A DNA stretch of 64,000 bases from the human T2T-CHM13v2.0 reference genome, Homo sapiens. How positions within the stretch are numbered: the stretch's first letter is position 1; every line of letters starts with the position of its first letter. Shown in pieces: positions 12,859 to 26,330 of this stretch. Location: assembly GCF_009914755.1 (NCBI RefSeq), contig NC_060926.1. One strand, 5' to 3'. The notes under the pieces are model-generated. The model was not told the DNA's origin, searched no databases, and saw only the letters and a program-made list of their open reading frames with translations. A program made the translations under genes and the position numbers.

Positions 12859-13204
12859 AAAGGTTATTATGTGTCAATTAGAAATTAAAATTAGGTGACC
12901 CTGGGGGTCAGTGCTTAGAGAAATATAAAGCCAAAGTACCATGAACCATTATTCACTGATTGATCATAGGAAAATGTAAAACCTTTGCAGTTCACATCAC
13001 TAACAACTGAATATTTATTGTAGTAACTCCATTCACTTTTAGTTTTACTTGTGAATTAAGCAAATCACTGCATAGTTCTGTTTCTATTTTTGGCATCATA
13101 TAGCTTTTACCAAAATTTCTATTTTCTTAAATATTGTTGTATACATTAATTTTTTTTCTGAAATGCATCATCAGTAATATGCTGTCTTTAGTGGAGCAAC
13201 TATA

Positions 13205-13395
13205 CCAAGAGTTTCTCAACATGTGTTCCTTCAAGCACATGCATGAGAATCACAGATCATGCTTGTTTTAAATAGAGATTCCAGGGTTATAGGCCAGACC
13301 AACTGATTCAGAATTTCTGAGGGGTGGGTTCAAGGTTTTGCCTTTCAACAAGCTCACCAGGTAAATCTCATGCACCTTGTAGACTGAGAATTTCA
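13205..13395. mobile_element. MER5B/MER5A-like MITE
   Basis: tttctcaacatgtg...gagattccagg...aacaagctcaccaggt...ctgagaa. Confidence 0.65.
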
Positions 13396-13729
13396 TGCTA
13401 CATCATGGGTGAGAATATTCGCAACCATACTAGAGGCATAAATTTGGAGGAGTATGCAAACAGGGTGTAGAGACTCCTGCAGAGAAGTAGAGTTATATCA
13501 GGTCTCTGTATCCTCATGTGGTGTGATTGGAAGCTAATATGAAAGCAATCTTGCTAATAAGAAGTAGAATCACCCAAGGGGGCAAAGAAATAATAGAGAT
13601 GAGGAAACTCGTTAAAATAATGGAAGCTAAGATGGAAAGCTGCTAGTTTTCTTCTGCTTCATGAGCATATGGTTGATCTTAAGGCCACCCGCCTTCCTGG
13701 CACCCCTTCTTCATTGTGGAAATGGCAAA

Positions 13730-14185
13730 CTGTGCCAGGCATTTATATTTGCTCCTCCAGATTCAACTGTATCCCTTTCTACCTTTTCCGTTAGCCACCT
13801 GGGGAGGCTGAGCTGTATTGACTACTATGAGAGGCTCTTCCCTCTGGCTTCTGGTGGGGTTTTCAGTGAAGTGCCTCAGCAGAAAATGAGAGGTAGGGAG
13901 GAGAGTGGGACTCTCTAACTGTGAAGCTAGCTCTATGTCAGTAGACTGAAAGTTATTGCTCTACTCAAGGTGGCCTTTTCTACATGATGCTCCACTGTCA
14001 GGTTGTATTATACACTTTTCCATTGTTCTCTTTGGTCTAAAGATAGTAATAGCTCTGTGGTTGCTAACCCCAGGTTAACTACATTTGTGTGTGTGTGTGT
14101 GTGTTTTCCTAGAATCTGCTGACTTGTTTATAAATTTGAAACCATCCTTATGACATCAGTTTTCTGTTTGGACCCTACTGAAACA
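13730..14185 (+). mobile_element. LTR33-like solo LTR (ERVL)
   Basis: tgtgccagg...ggggaggctgagctgtattgac...ctctggcttctggtgggg...gggaggagagtggg; ends ctgaaaca. Confidence 0.7.
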
Positions 14186-14289
14186 GGAACCCAATGTTAC
14201 ATGTCAGAGTCCAAAAGGAGAGGAGGCATCATTTTCTCAGTGAGCAAAGTTTTATTTTATCAGTATGACAAGCTCGTTATTGTCTTGGA

Positions 14290-14618
14290 ACCCTCTGACG
14301 TTCTATTCTTTCTGCTCAAGACTCTGTTCCCATGATTTGTTTGTCTAGCTAATTCCTGGTCATTTTAGAATTTTTACTTCAAAAGCCACTTTCTCATAGA
14401 TGCCTTGAGTGGCTCCTCCCAACTAAACCAGTTTCCTATTATAATTTCTCATAATATGCTGTTTCCTTTATTGTACTCATCCATATTATAAGTAAATTTT
14501 TATACATTATCCTTGGGTTATCTACCACGCTTGACTCTAATCTCTGGGAGGACTCTGACAAAACCTTCCTTTTGCAGATGCTTACTCAAATTTTGTTTAA
14601 TAAGTGAATGAATAAAAT
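14290..14618 (+). mobile_element. L2 LINE 3' fragment
   Basis: Ends tactcaaattttgtttaataagtgaatgaataaa, the typical L2 tail. Confidence 0.55.
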
Positions 14619-17272
14619 ACAGGTGTCGTAGAAAAGTTCACTAAGTTGGCTTTTTTCCCCTGGGAAAACTTATGAATATATATAAACTATATATATCAAC
14701 ATGCTATTTTCAGTGCTTCCATAAACCCACATCTTTTCATTTGACCAATTACACTAATGCTCACATGGACGTAAATGTCTCAGGTTAAAGGTAATTAACT
14801 TATTTGTCTCAAAGATGCTTGTTTGTTTTATGAGACATTTGCTATAAGAGAGAAGGCAAAAACCTATTGTCGAATAAACTGTCAATAGTTTATAAAGCAA
14901 TAATAAACCATATTAAAGAACAATTGCATGGCAATTAAAGACTGATGCTGGCTTGAACTCTGAATAGGCATTTGCATTTTCCCAACAAATGGAAAAAAGG
15001 TCAATGGGATCCATCCTTCCCATTTTCTTCTCTCCAAAGTGTTTCTAATCAGAGTTATTAGCAGACATCTATTTATATTAAAAGGCATTCCTGTACAGAA
15101 TCAAAGTGCTATACATTTTTATGAGGCAAACTTGCCAAGATTGCCATTTTTTATTTGCTGCAATGAAAGCAACTTCTAGAAATTCTCTTTCTAGATATTT
15201 TGTAACATTTCCTAAATTGGTAGCGTAGATTAGAAGGAAAACAAATTAATCAGTCCAAATATTTGAAGGTAGAATGAATACTGAGGACTCCTTTAGGTAA
15301 TGCCCCATTTTTAAAATTCCAATTCCTCATAATGTGAATTTTGATTTCTTTATAGTCGAAGACTTGGAGGATAGTTAAGATTCCCCCACAGATCTGTAAA
15401 AGATATCAGTCTTCCTTTTGTTTGCATTTCTCATTTTATCAGTTCACAGTCCCCACCTTGCTTTAGTTTTTCCCTGCATGGAGCAGAATGCCCAGGTCTC
15501 AAGGACTCATCTGGTTCTCTTCTTGACGGGCTGCAGTCAATGCAGTTTCCCTCTTGCTAGCTGCCACCCCAGGCTGAGAAATTATGCAGCTAACTACGCT
15601 TCTCCAAGTCATCACACGCCTAGAGACATCTTTCTGCATTGTACCAAATGTCACTGTAAAGAAAAAGAAAATCAGAATCTTCCTGCATTTCTGTATGGGC
15701 TGGTGTTCCTCCTTTATGAGTAATTTCAGGGATCAAGAGAATATTATAGGCCCTATTTAAAAACAATTTCCCTGTATGGGGTAGCACACAGCACAATGTT
15801 AATCATTTATATTTCAATGTGAATAAGACTGCCAGATGCATTTTGAAAGCAGATTTTTATAAGGAGTGACTTGGTGTTGGGGGGGGTGGTGCAGAGAAAA
15901 CATGAGGCCTATGTGAAGCCCACAGCAGCAGAAAGGAGACATGGGGGTTCTCAACCTATTGTCTACTGTCCCCTAGATACATCCCTTACTTCAGTCTAAT
16001 TTCAACGAACATTATTCTATTTTGTCAAGTACTGAATGTGTTCCAAATAAAATAATATGCCATGAATTTTCTCTATCTATGACCATGCCAGAGAAGCAGT
16101 TACCTCATTATTAACGACCTTTCAATCTTTCAATGTGTATATATATATATGCACAAGTTTTAGACTTGCCATTATTCATATACAGGTATATTATATATAT
16201 AATATATATGTATATTTTCCTTAATATGAGTTAAAATAGTATGTGGATTCAGCATTATACAAGGCAGTAGGATGTATAGCCCTGTAAGAACACAATAATA
16301 TGTGTGACTTTGTACCATTACCTTTCAGGAAATGCATGAGTAACATTTACGTAGCACTTCAAAATTTGTACCTCCATCTAGTGGTAACTGATAGAAACAA
16401 CATATTTTTAAACCATTTGATTTTGGAGGCACTGGGAGAAGAAAAATGGAAAAAGCTCTTGGTCAACCAGCACCTGTTATGAATTCAGTAACATTTTGAT
16501 ATTGAATAGAAAACACACAGTGAAGGTAAACATGTGGTAGGCAAAGGGAAGCAAAGGAATTTAACACAATGAATGGCTGCATAGGCTAAATTTATTCAGG
16601 ATGGTTAAGCCAGGATTTCTAGCAGTGCTTATATTGGGAAGATCACATAGGGTGAAACGATGGCTGGTTTATTTTGAACATGAAGAGGAGGGTCAGGGAA
16701 TTACTCCCATGTGATCTTCTTGCTGAGAACATCACCTAATGGCCAGCCTTCTCCATGACTTCCCAGAGTCAGTGTCCTTGATGGCAAATAATGTTTCAGA
16801 TAGGTAATTTGGGGACATGAAAGAATCTGTTGGTTTCCTTAAGTGTCTCATTTTAAATCCTAGTGAGTTGGAATCTCAATAAAATTATATCTCAAATTGA
16901 TATAGAAGAAAAGGATATCTGCTTATAGACTCTGAGGCTGCCAAGGAGTAACTCTTAGTTAAGAGAGCAATGTGTTAAAAATGTGTAAGTTTTCCGTCAT
17001 CAATTTTCCCAGAGGTCTTTTCACATGAATTCTTCCAAGGATAAGGTAGAACAAGTTTTTGAGATAGACAATCTGGGTTTATTTTTTAACATAAAAAAGA
17101 CAAAATTTTCTTTATTTTATCTTGTTTTATGTGATACAAGAAAGGATTGCTTAGCTTGATTACATTTCATATAACTTCCTTTCCACTATGGATTGGAAAA
17201 ACTAGTAGCTCTAATAAACTTGACAACCAAAACATTTATAGTCACATGATTTATACAAAGTTCATGCTGTTT

Positions 17273-18019
17273 GACATTGCAGATGCCACCACTGCTCGAA
17301 GCCGCATGTCATCAGCTATGGTCAATCCCACCATGCTTGTACATTGTGGCCTTATGGTAAACCTTTAGTCTGTGTCTCTTCAAGCTGTTTTCAAAGTTTC
17401 AAAGAAAGCAGAAAACTTTTGTGCTCTGAGCACTGGAGAGGAAAGCTTTGCTTGTAAGGGTTCCTGCTTTCACAGAATTATTATAGGATTTGTCTGCCAG
17501 GGTGGATATTTCAAACACCCTAATGACACTGGCAGCAAGTCACTCTACCACGGGAAATCTGATGGTGAGAACTTCATCCTGAGCATGCAGGTCCTGGAAT
17601 CTTGTCCATGGAGAATACCAGACCCAACACAAACAGTGCCTAGTTTTTCACTGCATTGCCAAGACTGAGTGGTTGGATAGCAATCATGTGGTCTTTGGCA
17701 AGGTAAAAGAGCATGAATATCATGGAAGCCATGGAGTGCTTTGGGTTCAGGAATGACAAGACCAGCAAGATTACCATTGCTGACTGTGGAAAACTATAAT
17801 AAAGTTGACTTGTGTTTTATCTTAACCACTGGGCCATACCTTCTGTAGCTCAAGAGAGCACCCCTCCACCCCATAGGCTGGCAATATCCTGTATCTTTGT
17901 GCTTTTGCTGCAATTCTTTGGGTTCCATATTTTCCTTATTCCCCTTCACATCTTGCTGGATTGCAGAGTTAAGTCTATAATTATGAAATAATAACTAAAT
18001 AACCAAAATTGAAAAAAAT
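17273..18019 (+). pseudogene. PPIA (cyclophilin A) processed pseudogene
   Basis: Intronless copy of PPIA mRNA: 5'UTR (ttgcagatgccacc), ATG at 17318 (MVNPT), [31 protein letters not shown], 3'UTR and A-tail. Several frameshifts. TSD AAAGTTCATGCTGTTT (17257-17272) / AAAGCTCGTGCTGTTT (18020-18035). The specific PPIAP number cannot be determined. Confidence 0.97.
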
Positions 18020-18766
18020 AAAGCTCGTGCTGTTTAGTGTGAATTGCCTCATTGTTGTAAAACTCTTAAGAGTCACTTGTAAGTGCTGTTTCTTAGGCAT
18101 TGCCTGCACTGGCAGAATACAATCACCTGGAAAACCCGTTGCCCAAAGAACTTACCTCTCATTCCATGGACAATTAGTAAGATTTTTATATTTTAATTTT
18201 ATGTTTGAATTCATGACTTGCACCATAAGTATTTTGTTTCTTGACTTGATCTTGCTTATTTGGTCACTCACAATACAATGGTGATAATGACAATACCTCA
18301 ACTTTCTTTTGAATATTTATTTATTCACTCATTTATTTTGATTTTATTTTAAAAATTCCTTCTGATTTAAATGGCTTTTGGATCAAGCACATGCTTTTTT
18401 TCTGTCTATTTATGCATTTTTTTAACAAATGCTTATTCATCATGTTCAGTATCTTGTCTGGAGTTATTTTATGGGCGAGAGGCACTCTGTGTGTGTTGTT
18501 GCCTCAAAAATATCTATACCAAATGTGAAAGGTGTAATAACCCCTGTCATAATGTTTAGCTTTGAGGACTTCTTACCTTTCTTTTAGTTTTCGAAAGATT
18601 CCTGCAAATGGTTAGACTGTTTGCAGTCATAACTTACCTTCCCTGCAGGATTCTGCCAGCTATAGAAGCAGCACCTTCCTGCCGGCTCTTACCTGCCCAA
18701 TTCTGTCCCTCTGAGGGAAGATCCCACCGTCTGTGGGAAAACACACTGATAAGCCTGAGTGATAGC

Positions 18767-19085
18767 CCAGGGCAGTTGTTTGTGGGGTCTATAAAAGAGC
18801 TTAGGCACTTAGGCTAGGTTGTTCACATTGTATCTGAGAGGCCACCTGCAATGTTGGGCAGAGCCTGGGTAGAAAAAAAAGTGGGTGAGCTGCAGGCTAT
18901 TGGCCAGAGGCGAGTCAACCACTTCCAGTGCTGTCAAGCTGAGAATCTTATGAAGACAGGAGGATAGAACATATTTTATTTGGCAGTCTAGTAGTTCTAC
19001 TTATAAATGTTAATTATTTAGATGTATGTTACCTTGATTTCATTTTTTCTCTTGCCCCAGTCCCACAAAGTTTAGTATGTTTCTG
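18767..19085 (-). mobile_element. Possible hAT-Tip100 (ORSL-like) relic
   Basis: Reverse complement of 19030-19085 (cagaaacatactaaactttgtgggactggggcaagag) resembles the ORSL terminus; CAGGGC at the other end. Confidence 0.35.
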
Positions 19086-19339
19086 ATAGTGTCTTTCCAA
19101 GTGCTACCTCTGCTCTGCCCCCGCTCTGCTGGGTCCCACTGTCTCTTACCTGCTTCCTGGGTCCCACTGTTGCTCTCCCCAGTGGCTCTGTAGCTACTTC
19201 ACCAGGCATCAGGCCTTTTATTTCTCTGCCTCTTTGTGGGTACTAGAACCCTCCTAGTAGAGAGGTACACTTGGCTCCAGGTTTGTCTTAATGTTGTCAA
19301 CTCTCAGAGGTGAATCCAAGCAGTGCTGCATGTGCCTCA

Positions 19340-20015
19340 GCATTTGGAAGAGACATTGGGTGAAATAGTTCCTTTTGCTTTACACACAAACTTCTCATAT
19401 CTCAGATATGAGTCCAGTAAAGACAGACAAATCCCTGAGAGAGAGAGAGAGAGAACGAGATTCAAGTTAAGTAATTTGCCTAAAGTCATATGGACATGTG
19501 ACAGAACTTTGCTTAAACCCATGTTTTTGACTTCAAATATAAACTCTGTATGTGATATTATGCTGTCACTTGTTTTTATTTTATTATCACTTAATTATTG
19601 CCTTTTGAATTATTTGCTAATTGTTTTACTTGTATTTATTTGCCTTGTCTATTAAGACTGTAAACATTTGAGGGCAAAGTCAAACATTGCCAGGGCACTG
19701 TATCTCCCATGGCACAGAGAATAATGCTGAGAACATAATAGATGCTCAGAATAAATTATTGGAAAGCATAAGCTTTGTCTTTGGGATAATAATCTGCTGT
19801 GTCAGACAGAAAGGCTTCAGAGTGAAAGAAACCTGTATTTATGTTCCTGTAACACAACTTTCTATTTGTGAGAATGTGGGCAAATTGCTTAATCGAAGAC
19901 TCTTTCTTCAGCTCCAAAATGGGCATAGTAGAAAAATGTACCTAATGGGATGATTGTAATAATTAAATGATATAATGTAGGTAACACACTGACAACAAGT
20001 CTCTTAATAAATATT
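19340..20015. mobile_element. Cluster: MIR (-) with (AG)n, L2 3' end (+), MIR (+)
   Basis: ttaagtaatttgcctaaagtca (MIR-); ctattaagactgtaaacatttgagggca...gatgctcagaataaat (L2); gtgggcaaattgcttaat...aattaaatgatataatgtag (MIR+). Confidence 0.65.
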
Positions 20016-22109
20016 CCAGCTAGCACCATCATAATTTTCTTATCAAATTTCAGAAATCATAAGCCAGATAATATTTTGCCATTTTATGAAGAAGTCAATT
20101 TGCCTGACAAGTGGACAAGAACTCACTTTGGGCCTGGTATATGTGTATTGCAATCAACTGTTCCCATTAACTCTGTGAATATTTTGATGATGTTTACAGC
20201 TCCAAAGAATCTATTTCTTCATTAACATTAGTGATAAAAACTCAGTAGATACCAAGAATATGTTGCCTAGAGTCCTATGGATCATGAAGAGTTCATGCAT
20301 ACTCATTTCTGGAAGTGGTGATGCGGCACTCAGATGGGATCAGCTAGCACAAACAGGAGAACCATAGCCCCAGTTTCACCTCAGCCCACTCAGTTTTACA
20401 GAGAAAACCTTCAGCAACACCTGTGGCATGATCTGCAGCCCTGGGTCAACCAACTTTCATTTCTTAGTAAACTCATTTCCACACTACAAAAAAATCAAAC
20501 TGTGCTCCTCTCTTATCTAAGAAACTAGGGCTTGTTTTCTCTTTTTTAAGAGGGAAATTACAAAAGCTGTTTTTATTGTTAATGGAACTCCAAGGGATCC
20601 ATTTTTCCATCTTATCATAATTCTAGAAATTAACACTTGCTTGGCACCTCAATGTCTTAAGAAGAAAGCACTGTTTAAAAATAAAGTGCCCTGCATTTCT
20701 TATTTTTATGTTGGTATCTTTTATATATATACATTATAGAGTATTTTATAATATGGGAACTAACACAGAAAATAAAAAGTACACACAATTACATCCTCAG
20801 CATCAACCATGGTTAAAGATTGATATAGTTCTTGGCCTTTCTCTAAACACACGCAAACATACATACCTATACACGTAGTATTTTTAATAATTTGCAGCAT
20901 ACTAAATATTGTTTTGCATCCCTTGCCTTTAGTCACTCAGTATTATAGAGTAGGCTTTTGATATTACTATTTTTTTCAAGAATAATCTCAAAAGATTAAT
21001 GTCATATGTGTCATATTTATTAGCGTTATTTCAGAATTTTTTGAGGACAGAAACCCTGCGTAGTTCCCTCGCCGTATACAGTTCAGTGCCAAATATCTGT
21101 GTTGAAAACCATAACAAGCACTTCTTTCCTTGCACGCCTCCCGTCATGTCTGCCTATTCCCACCAAAAGTAGAATTTCTCGTTTTTGATACAGGCCACCT
21201 GGCCAGTTGAAGAAACCTATTTAAAGAATTGACTGCAGTTCAGCATCTATCTTTCAGCTGCAGCGATAGATGGTTTATTGTGCAAAATAAAAGGTTTCGG
21301 TATTCAGCTGACAGAGAAAGTAGAAACCTCTTTCTTTGTTGACAGAAATAAAATGTGTCGTGTCATAGGTGTTGATATAACATATTAATCGCCCCTGCTG
21401 GGGAACATAGGCACCCTGACGCGGTGTGCTATAAATATTGATGTGATCACCCCAAACTGGCAGGATGCCTGGGAAGCCATGAGAGGTTTAGATAAAGGAT
21501 TTTCCTAAAGGTGTGCCCAATTGCTTCCCACACTTCTTTCCCCACCCTCTACTTTGGAATCTACATAACTCCAACTAAGTCTTCCCCGTTGATTCCCCAG
21601 CCTGAAAAATCATTCCAGGTGTCCTCTGTATAGTGCTGAATCCTCCACCCCTTCTCGAACACAGCACCTAATCCTTTTATCTTTAACATTTTGTGTAGTT
21701 TTGACAGCACTAGCAGCTTCCCCCAGTTGGCTGCCTAGCAGGTGTAGTAAAAGGATGCCTGGCATCAGCTGCTGGTGAGGAAGCAGCCAGGCCATTTTAG
21801 CTGCAGGGGCAGAATTTTATGCTGTGATGTTCTTTTCAGTTCAGGGGACACTTTCCAGTAATCAAGTTGACAACCATTCTTAAAGTCACATGCCAGTCAG
21901 AAAATTGTTCTGTTTCTGAAGACTGAGCAAATGCTGATGCTCACAGTGGCAAAAGGCCAGTTCTCTTGTGGCAGATTTGTTGTTTCACTACTGTTTATTA
22001 ATCTTCACCAACCACAAGAGTGAAGGTCAAAGTAGAGTCTCATCATTTAATCAGAAGTATACATTACTTCAGCGGACTGCATTGCAGATTACTTCTGCAA
22101 TTATATACA

Positions 22110-22490
22110 CATTTTTTATCCAAAATTATTAAGTACCCAATATATGTCAGGCACTGTTCTACAAGTATGTGGATACAGGGATGAGCAAGTGGAGAAGACA
22201 GATGAGGTCCTGCTTTCAGCTTGTCTTCTGACTACAGCACCTCCAAATAAAAAATAAGGAATATATCATTTATAAAGACTATTTGTAACACTAAAATAGA
22301 ACAGAAGAGTGGGTGGTTACTGTAGACTGGGGTCAGAAGTACTCTGAAGTGTAAGTTTTTAAAAGTTTTCAAAACATTACAGATGAGAATTGTTTCAGGC
22401 AGCATGAATAGCTCACGCAAAGTTTTAATGAAGATTTAATGCAAGAATGTTTTTGAGGAACAGGCGGAAGCCAAGTTTGGTTAATACCTT
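22110..22490 (-). mobile_element. L2 LINE 3' fragment
   Basis: ttattaagtacccaatatatgtcaggcactgttcta...ggatacagggatgagcaag. Confidence 0.6.
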
Positions 22491-24159
22491 TGACTGTTTT
22501 TAAATATTAAATGATAACAAAGGCAAAGCTGATTTAGCATATTTGGAAGGAGAATGAAGGAACCACAAAGAAATTGTGTGGCTGCAATTCTTTAAGAATA
22601 TTTTATAGAGATATTTAATATAAGAATATTTACTTTAAGCCCTTCAAGCAAAGGTCTGGGAGACTAAGATTAAAAGCACATGGCAAGATCACCCAGTCTC
22701 ATCCAAGATGAGGTTGTTGTTGGGTAAGAGGCTCTGTGTTGGATCGCCTGCAGGAGTTTCACCTCAACAGGCTGTCTGAGGATCCTAGTTTGGATGAAAA
22801 CCCATTTTCCTTGGAAAGCAATGACAATTCCCTTCTTTTGTATTTGCTTTTAGTTCTTGGCATAAAAGTTAATAAATGTTGCATGTTCAGATTTTATAGA
22901 TGATACCAGTGTACAAGCAAATGTGAAAAATTTGATTCCCTACTTGGAAACCTATAGTAGCTGGAAAGCTCTGTAGAATGTCTTGTCCTAGTGGACACCA
23001 TTTCTGCCACTCTGAAGCACTTGGAGAAATAGATGTCTATGGCAGGAAAAGACAGATGATTCAGAATATCACTTAACATTGACTTAAACCTTCATTTTTT
23101 GATATTTGGAAATGAATACTCTCTGAGGAATATCAATGAATTGTAGTGACTAGACTAATTTAATTCAACTTTCTTTTGTAATCTCATAAATACACTTACT
23201 CCAGAAGAACTAAAGATGTTTTGTAATGTAGAGTAGGACATGCCTCAGATTATTATCTTAGGGACACATACATTCAAAAAATAGGTCATATTGACTAAAT
23301 TTATGTGACTTTATTTATATGGGGGAGATTTTGTTTGGAACAAATTTAGGGGGTTGTTTTCTTCTGAAACTAATCTATCACATTCCCCCAAAATTTCTAC
23401 AGGGAGTATGATGGTTAAAGTGGTGAAAGTTCTTTTCAGAAATGGTCTGGGAAATGCAATTAGGTTTTATTAGGTGGAGAAGTAGCTCAGGGAATTTTCT
23501 CTCTTCAAGGTTTGATAAAGACTGCTAAAAAAAAAAGTTTTTACATTTAAGTGACAATTGACAGCTTAAGAAAGACAGGTTGGATCCTTGTGCTGATCTT
23601 CAGAAGCTTAAAGTTAGAGATCAAATAATTCTGACTGAAAGCCATATTAAAGAGCCTGGCTAATATGGGAAATAGATTACAGAGTCTGATCACAGGCTTT
23701 ATTCAGAAATTGGATATCATTGATATAATGTGAATTGCACAAAGCAATCTATCCAACAGGGGAAGGACCTGACGGTACTTAGAGATTTCATTTGGAAGAG
23801 TTTGAAAATATTGGGTATTTTAGTTTATTTTAAGTGACAGATGAATGGAAGTAAGCTAAATATTTGATATCAATGACTTTTTAAATACAATAAAAATTAG
23901 ATTAAATTATTTAAAAATGTTTACGAACTTTCGCAAAACTATAGGACTTTAAAATCAATCCTATTATTTGCAACACTCACTGCTTTTGTTCTTGATTGGT
24001 GAGGCGGTAAACATTTGTGAATATGTCTGATCTCTGCTGAAATTTGATTGAAAAGAAAAGAACAGGCATTTTGATACTTATTACCTCTTTTTTTCTTGGG
24101 CCTTCTGACCCTTACAAAATAGAACTGTCAATTGAATTAACTTTTTTATTGAATACCTT

Positions 24160-24850
24160 CTTGTGCAAGGGCCTGTACTTGAAGAAACATGATAAAATGA
24201 GTACAACAAGGTCTCTGCCCTCCAGTTGTTTAATCTACAGATAGAGAAATCTTTCTGTTGCCTGTTGGTTATTACCATCCAGAATTTCTACATAACCTTA
24301 AATTTAACATATGCAAGACTGGATTGAACACCTCTTTCTTTATAATTCTCACCTTAGTTAATGTCAGTGGTGCCTCAAGCTGTCTGCCAAGCCTGAAATA
24401 CAGAAGTCATTCTTGAAGCATCTCTTCATCCACCCCTCACATGCAATCTATCAAGTTATCTTAAATTGATCTCTTCAATGTGTAAAATTTTAATTCTCAT
24501 GTCAGAGGTCATAGTTACTGTTCCTGAATTAGTGTAATAGTTCCTTGAATAACTTCTGTGCTTATGTATATCAATATAAAGTTATCAATTATCTTTTCTT
24601 GAAAAGACTCTCTTTTATAATGAGGGTTTTATCTATCTTAACTTTCTGTTGTTTATTTTGAAAATAATGCTTGATTATGGTGCAAATTTAAATAAGAATC
24701 CAAATAATACAAGTTAGTATAAATTACTGAACATGTATTATGTCCCATGCGGTATTCCAAGGGCTTTAAGCATATTGTTTCAATTATTCTCACAATAACC
24801 CTCTCAGGTAAATACTATTACTATCTATATTTTAGCATTAAGCAAACAGT
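24160..24850. mobile_element. Degenerate L2 and MIR fragments
   Basis: acaaggtctctgccctc (L2-); aaatttaacatatgcaagactg (L2+); ctcacaataaccctctcaggtaaatactatta (MIR-). Confidence 0.5.
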
Positions 24851-25649
24851 ATTTAAAGGTTTATTACTTTTATATGTTAAAATATATAGCATTTTCATAA
24901 AAAATAGAGATTTCTTTTTATTTTTCTTAGTTAGCTAAGTAAAATATTTGGCTGATCTAGGCTATTTTTAATAGATTGACTAATTGATTAATTGAATGTT
25001 TACTGAAATACAAAATCAGATAATCTCTTTGTTAATGGTTTGCCTTTGATATATTTCTTTTTATTTGAGCAGGTCTGTCACTTACAAAGATACTGTGATG
25101 GCAGTTTATACAATGTTTTATTGAGCAATCTGCCACATTGCACAAACATTGAACTTCATGTTTTTGTTCAATAAATGAAGCTCGAAGACTAGTTGATATG
25201 CTATTATATAGATCAGGAGTGATGAGGAATCAGTGAGTAGAAACCATATGAAAAGGAGAGGTAAGGAGTTACAAGCCCATAAAGATAAAGTGACCAGAAT
25301 TTGGTGTTAAAATGAAGTGTCCAAGAGAACTCTAGATCTGTAAGAGCAGCTGGAGTAACAGTGACTTTGCAATACTACAAAGAGATAGCAGTTCTGGCAG
25401 AGATCCCGGGTTGATTGATGCTTTAGATGTTTGATTCTAATAATACAGTAGTTTCATCTGTTTGTTAAATTTTTAAATGATTACTCTTCCTCTTGAGTAA
25501 TTAATGCAAGTTTCTCTTATTTCCATAGTACTTTCTACATCATTTCCAGTCTCCATTTCACTGTCTTATCCATTAAAGGAAAGGCTCTCATAAAAGCAAT
25601 TTAGACTAACATACTTTTTCTTATGGGGCATTTATATTTTAAATCTACT

Positions 25650-26330
25650 TTTTGATTATGAAATCATATTGTATAAATAACAAATTACCATAAACTTAGT
25701 GACTAGAAACAAGAAAATTTAGAGTTTTTGTAGGTCAGAAGTCTGGGCGCAGTTTAGCTGGGTCCTCTGCTTAGGGTATGACAGGCTGCAATGCAGGTGT
25801 TGTCTGGAGCTTGGTTCTCATCTGGAGGCTCACCCAGGGGAAGGTCCACTGCCCCCCTCACATAGTTGTTGGCAACATTCAGTTCCCTGTGATTTTACAT
25901 TTCATGGCAGTTTGCTTTTTCAAAGCCAGCAAGGGGATAAAAAGAGAATAGAGAAAGTCGCTAGTAAGAGCAAATACTATACAATGTAACATAATCACAT
26001 GAGTAAAGCCTATCACCTTTACCACATTCTGTTGGTTAGAAGCAAAGCACAGGTACTGCCTACATTCAAGGGAAGGAAATTCACAAGGATGTCAACAGCA
26101 CAAAGCAGAGATCACAGGGCTGGGATCATTTTTACATTAAATTAAAAATAGTTTAATGTGTTTTAGGGATGGAGTCTCACTCTGTTGCCCGGGCTGGAAT
26201 GCAATGATATGATCATAGTTCATTGTAACCTCAAGCTCCAGGGCTCAAGTGATCCTCCTGCCTAAGCCTCCTGAGTGGTTGTGACTACAGATCTATACCA
26301 CCATATTGATCTTAAAATCTGCTTGCCACA
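25650..26330 (-). mobile_element. MLT1D/E-like MaLR solo LTR, interrupted by an Alu monomer
   Basis: taacaaattaccataaacttagtgact...gtaggtcagaagtctggg...ttggttagaagcaaagcacagg; terminus cttaaaatctgcttgccaca resumes at 26311-26330. Confidence 0.8.
26140..26308 (-). mobile_element. Alu right-arm monomer (FRAM or truncated AluJ)
   Basis: ggagtctcactctgttgcccgggctgg...gatcatagttcattgtaacctc...gggctcaagtgatcctcctgcc; single arm only. Confidence 0.85.

Noticed and set aside
18785-18800. TATA box CTATAAAAG as a gene promoter
   Set aside because: No CpG island or downstream gene structure, and it probably lies in a DNA-transposon relic.
22081-22101. 8-bp hairpin ATTGCAGA/TCTGCAAT (similar one at ~29639-29667)
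   Set aside because: Too short to distinguish from chance; bacterial-style terminators are not relevant here.
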